A DNA stretch of 64,000 nucleotides from an uncultured Desulfobacterales bacterium (GTDB taxonomy: Bacteria; Desulfobacterota; Desulfobacteria; Desulfobacterales; B30-G6), in contig CAZWEO010000006.1 in assembly GCA_964633115.1 (NCBI GenBank), forward strand, positions 13,091-77,090, written 5' to 3'. Below, piece by piece: positions 22,042 through 31,052 of the stretch; within the stretch, counting starts at the first letter, position 1, and every line of letters begins with the position of its first letter. The notes beneath the pieces are model-generated. The model ran no database searches, had not been told where the DNA came from, and saw nothing but the letters and a program-made list of their open reading frames with translations. Made by a program: the position numbers and the translations under genes.

Positions 22042-23100
22042 TTACAAATTTTTACGCCATTCTTTGATGATCTCAATGGCCTGAGCCGCGGCCGGATCTC
22101 TTTCGCCAATTTTGTCCCAGAGATCATAGGCTGCCACTTCGTGTTGACGATCACAGTCGGCATCTATCTCACTCTTTATGACTTTGCCGGCCTTAATTAG
22201 TTCATCCACTTTCTTCAGTTCGCCCACGTAAACTTTTAGCAGTTTATGGAAATAGTCTTCGGCAGCATCGGCCATGACCTGCTGCAGGTCGGCCGGCAGT
22301 GCATTCCAGGACTCCATATTGAATAGAATATGTCCCACAACGACATCGTTCTGTCCCCCCATGAGCCAATAAGGGGCCACCTCATGCCAATTCAGACCTG
22401 TAATGGCGCTGACATCCCACTGAGAGGCATCAATGGTACCCAACTTCAATCCCATATAGGCTTCCATACCACTGATATAGGTTCCCCGGGCTCCCACGGC
22501 ATTATAATAATCAGCCCAAGACCCTTCCACGCGGAATTTTAATCCCTGCATATCTTCACACGTAAGGATTTTTTTGGTGGACATGGTGATAATGGGGCCA
22601 TAGGAATGGACATCTAACCAATAGAGACCTTGGCTGGCATACTGCTCACGCAGCAAACGCACATAGCCGGTATTAAAAAACAGATTGCGGATCTCTTTCC
22701 CGGCGCTAAAAATATCCGGTTCACCCGGTAAATTATAGGCATAGGGCAGACCAAATTCGACTTCACCAATTGGCAGGATGCCACCCCACATGGCCGCTAC
22801 GGCGTGGACCATATCCAGGGTGCCTTTTTGGGTGGCCTCAAAAAGTTGCTCGGCCGGAACCAGTTCCGGATCGGCAAACACCTGAATCCGGATGCGACCG
22901 TTGCTGTTCTTTTTTGCCGTGGCGGCAAAATCATTCAGCAATTCCATACTGAGATCGCCGCGTGGATAAGCAGACTGAATCTTTAGACGATAAACTTTAT
23001 CGGCAGCTTGAGCGCTAACAGGGGCCATGACCAAGGTAGTGGCAAAAATTGCCGCCAAAATAACAGATAGTAGCAAAATTGTTCGATTCAATTTCATCAC
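22042..23100 (-). CDS. dctP: TRAP transporter substrate-binding protein
   Basis: Signal peptide; LKIQS, GLKFRV and EAYMGLKLGTIDA motifs. Confidence 0.93.
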   Translation of the reverse strand: MMKLNRTILLLSVILAAIFATTLVMAPVSAQAADKVYRLKIQSAYPRGDLSMELLNDFAATAKKNSNGRIRIQVFADPELVPAEQLFEATQKGTLDMVHAVAAMWGGILPIGEVEFGLPYAYNLPGEPDIFSAGKEIRNLFFNTGYVRLLREQYASQGLYWLDVHSYGPIITMSTKKILTCEDMQGLKFRVEGSWADYYNAVGARGTYISGMEAYMGLKLGTIDASQWDVSAITGLNWHEVAPYWLMGGQNDVVVGHILFNMESWNALPADLQQVMADAAEDYFHKLLKVYVGELKKVDELIKAGKVIKSEIDADCDRQHEVAAYDLWDKIGERDPAAAQAIEIIKEWRKNL

Positions 23101-23538
23101 CCTCCTCCTTTCTGAAAAGATTGTTGAAGTTAAGGTTGCCCTAGCTCACATCACCTCCTTTACATGAACTGATCGCATCAATTTGTTTTGACTATTTGCT
23201 GATTGCTAGTATTGATTGGAGCAATAAAATCGTGTTCCACGCTTTTATGAAACGCGACTATTTCGCTCCTAAGCGAAAGGCTAAAACCCCTATCCCTGCA
23301 GCAAGACTCGTCAACGAGCTCAAGTCGATTCGCTACAGGGTAATACAAACTTTTTGCCGAAATCCTTCATATTTCTGCACCGCACTTTCGCAAAAAAGGG
23401 ATCTTAATCCATAATTTGAATTCATCCCACGCTGCAAGACTTGTCGGCGAGGAGTTCGGCCGAGGCTCACTCGAAGCCCTCAAGTCGAGTCGCAGAGAGG
23501 AATTCAAATTTAAAGCTGGTTTGGAGCTGGATCCGCCT

Positions 23539-23563
23539 AAAGAAATCGCTTAGCGATTTCTTT
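23539..23563. repeat. REP-like palindrome AAATCGC-N3-GCGATTT (also at 29231-29257 and 54167-54189)
   Basis: Three intergenic copies seen directly. Confidence 0.7.
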
Positions 23564-23567
23564 TTAA

Positions 23568-23612
23568 CACTCAAGCATACGCAGGTCCTTTGGGCCAAGT
23601 ATGTTTGAGTGT
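23568..23612 (-). terminator. Hairpin downstream of the Rid gene
   Basis: acactcaagcatac...gtatgtttgagtgt stem. Confidence 0.55.
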
Positions 23613-23620
23613 AGATATCA

Positions 23621-24040
23621 TTATGTCAGCCGTGTCGTCAAATAAGAACCGATCACCGCATCGGCTTCGATTTCGACCAGATGTTCGGGTCTAGCCAAGG
23701 CTTTAACTTCGGCCATAGTAATTACCGGTCGAATTTGTTTAAACCACTCCGAATACGCTTTAATATATTCCTGACCGCGACTGATATCGGTCACATAAAA
23801 ACGCACACGCACAACGTGGGACATTTTGGCGCCGGCCCGTTTTAAAACCTGCTCTATTTTTTGCAGGATGATTTTGGTTTGTTGGTAAGCATCCCCGGGC
23901 GCTTCGACCTCGCCTTGGGCATTCGTGGTAGTGGTGCCGCCTACAAAAACCATATGACCGACTCGGACAGCCCGGCTGTAGCCGGCCTTTTCTTCAAAAG
24001 GAGCGCCCGAAGCAAAATTTTCTCTTTTTAAAAGTACCAT
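23621..24040 (-). CDS. Rid (YjgF/YER057c/UK114) family protein, Arg-less subfamily
   Basis: GYSRAVRVG, VEIEADA; RPVIT in place of the RidA PAR motif. Confidence 0.88.
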   Translation of the reverse strand: MVLLKRENFASGAPFEEKAGYSRAVRVGHMVFVGGTTTTNAQGEVEAPGDAYQQTKIILQKIEQVLKRAGAKMSHVVRVRFYVTDISRGQEYIKAYSEWFKQIRPVITMAEVKALARPEHLVEIEADAVIGSYLTTRLT

Positions 24041-24750
24041 TATGCCTCGCCAAATTCTTGGGCTATATTATTCAATAAGGTTTGCATCAATTCATACGAA
24101 TCAGGCAATTCAGCCGTTCGAGCCAGAACCGTTGCCCCATCGTGGACATGCGTATCGGACACCCAATCCTGGCTGTGATTGCCGGCATAGAAGCGAACCA
24201 TATCCAAAGTATATTCCGGGTGAAATTGCAAGCCCACAACCGGTCGCTGCCCGCAAACAAAAGCCTGATTTTCAGTGGCCTTGCTACTTGCCAATCGGAT
24301 ACACCCTTTTGGCAGTGAAAAATGATCGCCGTGCCAATGAAAGGTCGTAAAAGAATCGGGTACGTGATCAAAAAGAAATGATGCCCGGCCTTCAGAAGTA
24401 AGCGTTACCTTATGCCAGCCGATTTCCTTGTGTTTTGCGGAAAATATGCGTCCACCCAATGCCTCTGCTATAAGTTGGGCACCAAAACAAAACCCCACAA
24501 CAATCTTTTGGGCCGTCAAGGCTTGCTGTAAAAAGTCTTTTTCCGCTGGGATCCATGGGAAGTTAGCGTTATCCCACGCGTGTTGTGATCCCCCCATGAC
24601 CATTAAGCAATCAAACGAATCCGTTGCCGGTAAGGCCTCACCCTTGCAGATATAGGCTTGCCTTAGCCGGTGATTATTTTCCGACGCCCAGCGCGTTATA
24701 TTGGTGCGCGAAAAATCTTCCGGATCGTGCTCGATCAATTGAATTCTCAT
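24040..24750 (-). CDS. Class I glutamine amidotransferase-like protein (candidate gamma-glutamyl-amide hydrolase)
   Basis: VMGG, GFCFGAQ nucleophile elbow, WHGD, LQFHPE triad. Confidence 0.9.
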   Translation of the reverse strand: MRIQLIEHDPEDFSRTNITRWASENNHRLRQAYICKGEALPATDSFDCLMVMGGSQHAWDNANFPWIPAEKDFLQQALTAQKIVVGFCFGAQLIAEALGGRIFSAKHKEIGWHKVTLTSEGRASFLFDHVPDSFTTFHWHGDHFSLPKGCIRLASSKATENQAFVCGQRPVVGLQFHPEYTLDMVRFYAGNHSQDWVSDTHVHDGATVLARTAELPDSYELMQTLLNNIAQEFGEA

Positions 24751-24754
24751 ACAT

Positions 24755-24834
24755 GATGGCTTCGTGAAAAGTCCAATTTCCGTGTCTTGAACAATTTACT
24801 TTGCCCTCCCAATTTGGTTTTTTTCGAACTCATC
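24755..24834. mobile_element. 80-bp MITE-like insertion with 6-bp target-site duplication
   Basis: Termini gatggcttcgtgaaaa...ttttttcgaactcatc, flanked by atacat on both sides. Confidence 0.75.
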
Positions 24835-26287
24835 ATACATTGCTTCCATAGCGGTAGCGCAAATCATCGGTCATCACACAGCGCCGGATACGCGTAAACG
24901 ACTTGGGCCGCGTATGGCCCTCACCATTGGTGGCAATATGAAAGCTGACATAGCCTTCCCCGGTGACACCCACGCCCCCCAAACCACAAGCACCATTTTT
25001 CACAAACGACGCGCAGCTGGCCCGGCTGGCCATCAATTGGATATTGGCCAGGTTTTTGGAATGAATCGCCATGGTGTGACCAAAATTTTGTTCGGCCGCA
25101 ATCGCCCGGTCGATGGCCTCATTCACATCACGGCAGCGCACAAATGGCAGCACCGGCATAATCTGCTCGGTCCAGACCAGGGGGTGCTGATGATCTGTCT
25201 CTAAGATGACAATCTGCACCTCGGGTCCCACTTTCACATCGATTGCACCTAAGATAAATTGGGGAGTTTTACCGATATAGTCCATATTGATTTCCCCGGG
25301 CGTTCCCGCTGCGTTGACCTTTTTAAAAATATGTTTGATTAAGGCTGCCCCTTGCTGGGAACTGATTTCATGGGCACCCTGCTTCAGGAGTTCCTGCTTC
25401 AATTGATCCGCCACCGAATCGACCACGAATATTTCTTTCTCGCTGGCACAGGCGATGCAATTGGAAAAACCGGCACCCTGGATGATGCATTGGGCCGTAC
25501 GCTTTAAATCAGCGGTTTCATCCACAACCACGGGTGGATTGCCCGGTCCACCAGCGATGACGCGCTTACCGGTCTTGGTGGCAAAATCCACGACGCCATG
25601 ACCGCCGGTAACGGCAATCATACCGATATCTGCATGGGTCATGAGCTGCTGGGCGGATGGCACCGAGGGTTCCTCCAGACAACTGAGACAATTCGGGGGG
25701 CCGCCGACGGCCACAATCGCTTGGTTCAGATCGCGAATCACCCGGGCGGACACCTTTTTGGTTTTTGGGTGCGGATTAACCACCACGGCGTTTCCAGCGG
25801 ACATCATCATAATGGCGTTAAAAAGGATACTCGGCGCTGCATTGGTCACCGGGTGTACCGAAGCAATGACCCCTACGGGTAGCCGTTCGATGATGGTGAC
25901 GCCCTTATCGCCGGCAAATACTTCCGGGATTAAATCCTCCAAACCCATCACCTGGCAGGCCGATATGTTTTTATTTACATTATCCACCAGTTTACCCAGA
26001 CCCGTTTCCTCGAACTCCATGCGACCGTAGGTTTCGGCATTGGCCGTACCGGTATCCCGGATGGCCGTGATCACCTTTTCCCTTGTCTCCAAGGGCAACG
26101 CCACCAGAGCTTTCTGGGCCGTCCCGGTTGCCTGAATACAGGTAATCATGTCCTGAAATACACCATTGCCGGAAGCTGTCGCCGGTGCTGCCTCCACAGC
26201 AGTCGTCTTGCTATCCCCATCCATATTAGCCAACTTGCGCACCACCGATTCCACAATCTGATCAATAACTTTGTCGTTTAGTTTCAT
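24833..26287 (-). CDS. BMC CoA-acylating aldehyde dehydrogenase (EutE/PduP family) with N-terminal encapsulation peptide
   Basis: VIDQIVESVVRKL peptide plus linker; PVTN, VTGG, GPGNPP, catalytic Cys in IACASEKE, HTMAIHS. Confidence 0.92.
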   Translation of the reverse strand: MKLNDKVIDQIVESVVRKLANMDGDSKTTAVEAAPATASGNGVFQDMITCIQATGTAQKALVALPLETREKVITAIRDTGTANAETYGRMEFEETGLGKLVDNVNKNISACQVMGLEDLIPEVFAGDKGVTIIERLPVGVIASVHPVTNAAPSILFNAIMMMSAGNAVVVNPHPKTKKVSARVIRDLNQAIVAVGGPPNCLSCLEEPSVPSAQQLMTHADIGMIAVTGGHGVVDFATKTGKRVIAGGPGNPPVVVDETADLKRTAQCIIQGAGFSNCIACASEKEIFVVDSVADQLKQELLKQGAHEISSQQGAALIKHIFKKVNAAGTPGEINMDYIGKTPQFILGAIDVKVGPEVQIVILETDHQHPLVWTEQIMPVLPFVRCRDVNEAIDRAIAAEQNFGHTMAIHSKNLANIQLMASRASCASFVKNGACGLGGVGVTGEGYVSFHIATNGEGHTRPKSFTRIRRCVMTDDLRYRYGSNV

Positions 26288-26393
26288 TTTTGATTTCTCA
26301 CCATCTTGATTATTCAGATCTGCAATTTACTATTTTCACAAAACGATAGGGGAAAATCCCAATAGCGTTTTAGGTATTTAGTCTAATAGCCTA

Positions 26394-27341
26394 TTAGCCT
26401 GAATTGTCTTTTTCCTTTTGCGGCCACAATGTCGTGATAGTGGCTCGCTCGCGGTAAGCCAATTGTTGATCCATATCATTTTCGGTATAAAACTCATCCG
26501 CAGCTTTTACACCGCGATCAAACTTTGAAATACAGCGCATGGCCTCTTTATTATCAATAAAAGTTATTTCATGAACCAAAGCCCCCAGGAATGCAATCAC
26601 GTGGGCAAAAGGATCCACAAACGAAACCCCTTCAATGTCCAGAACCATGTATTGGTCCGAGAGCGTGATGATGGGTGATTTGGGTGTGTCGCTTAGCCCG
26701 ATTACCTTGACTTTACATTTTTTAGCATACTTCACTATCTCGATAGTTCTACGCGGATATCGCGGGAAGGCGATCGCAACCATCAAGGCATTGGGGCCAC
26801 TCTCAAAAAGAGCATCCATCAACTCCCAGGAAAGATCGGTATTGATAACCACCTGTGGCCGCACTTTTTTTAACAGGTAACCAAAATGGTATGCCAGGGT
26901 CGCTGAGGCACGGTAGCCCACAACAAAAACTTTTTCAGCCCGATGAATCTTACGGGCAATATTTTTAAATTCTTTTTCAGATACAGAGGCCATCAGGTTG
27001 TTCAGATTGTCAATCGCATTCTGGCAATAACTCTGAATGGTTGTTTCGGTATGGCCCTTACGACTGGATCGCCGTAGCCTTTCCGCACTGGTCAGCTCGG
27101 TATGTAGCAATCCTTTCATATATTGCAGGAACTCGGTATATCCGGAAAATCCCATATCAACACTGAAACGGACAATGGTCGGTTCACTCACCTGACATTT
27201 TTCAGCAATCTCCCGCGCGGTCATCAAAAAAATATTCTTGTAGTCATCCATTATCAAATCAGCCACCCGACGCTTCTTGGGAGAAAGCTTGGGATAAATT
27301 TGAGCGATTTTATCAAAGAGATCTTTCTTGGCTGATTTCAT
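26394..27341 (-). CDS. RpiR/MurR family regulator (HTH + SIS)
   Basis: LSPKKRRVA, VSEPTIVRF...GFSGY, FPRYP, LSDTPKSP. Confidence 0.93.
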   Translation of the reverse strand: MKSAKKDLFDKIAQIYPKLSPKKRRVADLIMDDYKNIFLMTAREIAEKCQVSEPTIVRFSVDMGFSGYTEFLQYMKGLLHTELTSAERLRRSSRKGHTETTIQSYCQNAIDNLNNLMASVSEKEFKNIARKIHRAEKVFVVGYRASATLAYHFGYLLKKVRPQVVINTDLSWELMDALFESGPNALMVAIAFPRYPRRTIEIVKYAKKCKVKVIGLSDTPKSPIITLSDQYMVLDIEGVSFVDPFAHVIAFLGALVHEITFIDNKEAMRCISKFDRGVKAADEFYTENDMDQQLAYRERATITTLWPQKEKDNSG

Positions 27342-27383
27342 GATTCTATTTCTCTTGTCTATACTGTCGCCACGGGGCGGTTT

Positions 27384-28001
27384 CTAGTGTTCCCTTCCGT
27401 CTAATGCTGCCAACGCCGTCTCCGCCGCCATCTTAGCTGCCTGAATATCAGAGGTCTCACCCGCCAAATAGACACGGCCACTGGCCCCAAAAACACTGAC
27501 ATGATTGATGGTGACCTCAGCGGCTTTCTCGGCCTCATTGGCGGCATAACCTGCATAGCCGGCTGGTACGACTTCCAGAATATAAAGGGTCTCATCACTC
27601 ACGGACATGCTGGCCGATCGAAAACGATTTACAATTTGGCTCATATAGGGATTCAAACGTTCAACTGTCTCGGTCGACAATATCTTGGGTTTGAGACGAT
27701 CGCTTTCTGTACAGCCGATATAGTCTAATATAACCTGGCCGGCTTCCTGGACATCGGCGGGATCGTCCGCATGTACTTCCAGCATGCCATAAGTTCTTTC
27801 CACCACCAATGCGCCAATGCGAACGTTGGCCTTTTTCATAACAGCATCGGTAATGGTGTTGATTTCCATGCCTGGGGCAATCTCGATAAACAGCGCAGCC
27901 TGTCCCGTAACCGGGTAGTAGCCACGCGCGCTGGAGCCGATGTATGCTACCATTTGCTTTTGTAATTGATCGATAAATGCGAACGCTCGGAGGTCTATCA
28001 T
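27384..28001 (-). CDS. BMC-T shell protein, double-stacking (CsoS1D/CcmP-like)
   Basis: LRAFAFIDQLQ, EIAPG, VVERTYGMLEVH, AANEAEKAA, FGASGRVYLAG. Confidence 0.92.
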   Translation of the reverse strand: MIDLRAFAFIDQLQKQMVAYIGSSARGYYPVTGQAALFIEIAPGMEINTITDAVMKKANVRIGALVVERTYGMLEVHADDPADVQEAGQVILDYIGCTESDRLKPKILSTETVERLNPYMSQIVNRFRSASMSVSDETLYILEVVPAGYAGYAANEAEKAAEVTINHVSVFGASGRVYLAGETSDIQAAKMAAETALAALDGREH

Positions 28002-28013
28002 ATGATTCTTTCC

Positions 28014-29219
28014 CTATATGCTTTTAAGCCATTCACGCTTGTTGGGACACACCGCTGTTACCGTGGTGCAGGCGGCATTGCCCTGGCACGAACATTCATG
28101 CTCAGAACCTTTGTGAAAACGCCCGTAGCAGAAATCATTGATGGGCATCGATGTTTGGCAATCCATGATCAACTCGGAAATCAAGCGACCGATCACCGGC
28201 GCCAGCCCAAACCCGTGACCACTGAATCCGGTGGCGAAAACAAACCCGGGCACCTCCGAAGTATAACCAAGTACGGGTATGGCATCCGACATCTGAGCAA
28301 TGAGCCCTGACCACATACGAATCACATTCAAATTTTTCAAAACCGGAAAATAATCTATTACCATCTGGGAAATGGCCGGGCCAATATAGTGAAAAAGCGG
28401 TTTGCCTTCCCGGTATATGAATTGTTCAGTCCCAACAAATCCACCCCAAAAAAAGGAGCCGTGTTGTGTTTGCCGGCCGTAAAACAAACCCTTGGCATGT
28501 CCGATCATCTGTTTGAAAAGCGGCGGATAGGCCTCGGTGATCAGAGCCTCAGAGAAAATGGGTCGCATGGGGATATCCAGACCCACCATGTTGGCGACTT
28601 TGCGTCCGGCGATACCGGCGGCATCCACCACCAGATCGGTGGCAAACTGCTGTTTATCAGTTACGACACCGGCCACTTTGCCTTTTTGCATCTGAATTTC
28701 TTTGACTTCTTCATGCGTAAAGAAGCGCGCCCCGAGGCTCTTGGCCTTCAAATAAAAGCCGTAGGTTACCAAGAAGGGATTGACATGCCCGTCGGTGGCA
28801 CAGTAACTGGCCCCGATGACCTTTTCTCCCACATAGGGGTTGAGTTCCAGAACCTGCTGGCGATCCAGCATGGTCAGTTCCAAACCACTTTCGCGCTGAT
28901 TAATTATAGCTTGACGCATGGTCTCCAGCTCTTCTTCCGAAGTGCACAGCCGCAGGTTGCCTTCGCGGACATACTCCACATCCATACCGAGTTCATCGTG
29001 CAGTTGACCATAAATCTGGATACTTTCCATGGCCAGTGGCATTTCCTTCAGGTTGCGGGCGGATTGGCGCACCCCGCCGCCATTGCTCCCGGAAGCCTCG
29101 CCGCCGATGTCCGACTTTTCGATCACAACCGGCTTCAATCCTTCTTTAGCCAGATTATAGGCGATGGCACATCCCATGACGCCGCCACCGATGATGATAA
29201 TATCTGCTTTTTCGGGCAT
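28014..29219 (-). CDS. FAD-dependent amine dehydrogenase subunit (DAO / sarcosine oxidase beta-like)
   Basis: IIGGGVMG, ASGSNGGGVRQ, TGFSGHGFGLAP; Cys-rich C-terminal tail. Confidence 0.9.
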   Translation of the reverse strand: MPEKADIIIIGGGVMGCAIAYNLAKEGLKPVVIEKSDIGGEASGSNGGGVRQSARNLKEMPLAMESIQIYGQLHDELGMDVEYVREGNLRLCTSEEELETMRQAIINQRESGLELTMLDRQQVLELNPYVGEKVIGASYCATDGHVNPFLVTYGFYLKAKSLGARFFTHEEVKEIQMQKGKVAGVVTDKQQFATDLVVDAAGIAGRKVANMVGLDIPMRPIFSEALITEAYPPLFKQMIGHAKGLFYGRQTQHGSFFWGGFVGTEQFIYREGKPLFHYIGPAISQMVIDYFPVLKNLNVIRMWSGLIAQMSDAIPVLGYTSEVPGFVFATGFSGHGFGLAPVIGRLISELIMDCQTSMPINDFCYGRFHKGSEHECSCQGNAACTTVTAVCPNKREWLKSI

Positions 29220-29360
29220 TTATTCTCCTAAAATAAAATCGCTGAGCGATTTTATTTGATGCGACTTCGTCGCTAGTATTAATCAAGTCTTTCTGACACT
29301 AAATTTGGATCTACCGATTTATTGGTACATTCCTTGATGTATAGGTTTTAACTCAAGACA

Positions 29361-29486
29361 AACATCCAACATTGAACACACAACACCGAATATGGAATTT
29401 TTCTCTTCTATATAAGTAAAATGGACGAGAGTGCAGCGACTCCTCATTCGACGTTGGATGTTGAGCGTTCGATGTTCGATGTTGAT
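29361..29486. repeat. Inverted arrays of degenerate 7-bp repeats
   Basis: aacatcc/aacattg/aacacac/aacaccg...gttggat/gttgagc/gttcgat/gttcgat. Confidence 0.75.
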
Positions 29487-29556
29487 CATTTATCATCATC
29501 AATTTTAAAGCGTGCGAATTTTGTAGCACGACTTAACCATTGGAATCTTAAAATTT

Positions 29557-30243
29557 TCAGTTGTTTGCAAAAACACCCAAACGTAAGGGTCGCACCGGCC
29601 CCCTGGCCGTGGTGGGATCAATCATTGCCGGACTGATCCCCAACTCCTGGGTTAGGATCTGGGCCACAAGACGCTGACAAGTCTGTCCCTGACAGAGCCC
29701 CATACCGGCCCGGGTAACTCGTTTAATCCCATTTAAAGTTTGCATGCCATTGCGAATGGCCGATTTGATTTCACCCCGCGTGATTTCTTCACAACGACAG
29801 ATAACCAGATCATCGATATTGTCTGACTCCGTTTCTGCTGCTTCAATTTCTTTTTTAGTCGGCTGAGCAACTGCGCTTGGAGCCGCCACTTTAGCTGAAT
29901 CCTGCTTGGCCTTTAAATGCCGAAAACGTTTGAGGACCCGGTCTACAATGGCATCAAGCTCCGCTTCCGCTATCTCCAGGGTATCTTCGGAACGCGTGGA
30001 TGCATTTTTTCCCTGCGGTACTGGTTTGTTGGTGGTTCTACGACAGTCGGGCACGGATGATTTGCGAGCTGTTTGTGATTGCTCATCTGTGCCCGGGGCC
30101 ACGGTTATGACAGTGAGTTGATGCTCTTTAATCAGATCGGCAGCAGCTGAAGAAATACGAGTTCCTTCGGCAATTTTTATTTCCTTTCCGCCGGATCTGA
30201 CGATACTGCGGACCTGTTCGCCAAATAGAAAAACGGGTGCCAT
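29557..30243 (-). CDS. BFD-like [2Fe-2S] dehydrogenase subunit with N-terminal BMC-associated domain and internal encapsulation peptide
   Basis: C-terminal ICRCEE...RAGMGLCQGQTC...RGPVRP; central ELDAIVDRVLKRF helix between low-complexity linkers. Confidence 0.85.
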   Translation of the reverse strand: MAPVFLFGEQVRSIVRSGGKEIKIAEGTRISSAAADLIKEHQLTVITVAPGTDEQSQTARKSSVPDCRRTTNKPVPQGKNASTRSEDTLEIAEAELDAIVDRVLKRFRHLKAKQDSAKVAAPSAVAQPTKKEIEAAETESDNIDDLVICRCEEITRGEIKSAIRNGMQTLNGIKRVTRAGMGLCQGQTCQRLVAQILTQELGISPAMIDPTTARGPVRPLRLGVFANN

Positions 30244-30269
30244 TAAATGACTCTCCCTTTATATTAGGA

Positions 30270-30380
30270 TTATTTTTTTCGCCTGCTAGGCGCAGCCTTG
30301 GCCGGCGCTTTTTTCGCTTGCCCACCTTGAACGGAAGCCTTTTCTGTCGGAATCATCAAATCAATTTCGTCATGCGGCCT
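30270..30380 (-). pseudogene. 3' remnant of a BMC-H shell gene with a Lys/Ala-rich tail
   Basis: Alternate frame reads RPHDEIDLMIPTEKASVQGGQAKKAPAKAAPSRRKK*; compare [11 protein letters not shown] in the BMC-H at 35500. Confidence 0.7.
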
Positions 30381-30982
30381 TTCATCTGGCTTAGTGTTTC
30401 AACAATTTTCTGAGCTGCGGCTTGAACTTCCGATTCGCTGCCGGCTAAATAGATACGACCGGCCGCACCAAAGAAGCGGATGTCTACGAGTCTGATGTCG
30501 CAATATTTCTCAGCTTCATTGGCGGCAATTGCAGCGTAAGCCGCCGGCGTTACTTCCAACAGATACACATCATCACCCCCCAATATCATCATCCCTTTAC
30601 TGTTGCGGTTGATGATAACGGCCTGATAGGGATCGATCTTATTAATAATACTCGTGGATAGGATGCTGGGCACCATACGATCTTCTTCTCTCAGGCCCAG
30701 CTCCTCCAAGATCATCTCGCCGGCATGTATGATCTCTTCGCGTTCGAAAGAATGAATTTCCATCATACCGTAGCGTCGTTCGACGATCATCTCACCTGGC
30801 TTTGAATTGGTGACCTTCAAACTGAGATCGGCCAGACGGTTGATGACAATACCCGGCAACACCTCCACAAACAATGAGGCCATACCCTCCACAGATAGAA
30901 ACCCCCGGCATTTACTCGCAAAAAGGGATGCAAACTGGGGCTGCATCCGATCGATGTGACAGTAGGCTCTTAGTTCGGCCAT
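30356..30982 (-). CDS. BMC-T shell protein, double-stacking (second copy)
   Basis: LRAYCHIDRMQPQ, EVLPG, VERRYGMMEIH, AANEAEK, FGAAGRIYLAG. Confidence 0.92.
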   Translation of the reverse strand: MAELRAYCHIDRMQPQFASLFASKCRGFLSVEGMASLFVEVLPGIVINRLADLSLKVTNSKPGEMIVERRYGMMEIHSFEREEIIHAGEMILEELGLREEDRMVPSILSTSIINKIDPYQAVIINRNSKGMMILGGDDVYLLEVTPAAYAAIAANEAEKYCDIRLVDIRFFGAAGRIYLAGSESEVQAAAQKIVETLSQMKGRMTKLI

Positions 30983-31052
30983 GCGTTCATCTCCATATTG
31001 GTATCTGAATGTAAAATTATCATGCTCAGTTTGGTTTCGCTATGTGCAACAA

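Noticed and set aside
30128-30325. 65-aa ORF MGKRKKRR in the ORF track
   Set aside because: It overlaps the next gene out of frame; the meaningful frame is the BMC-H remnant.
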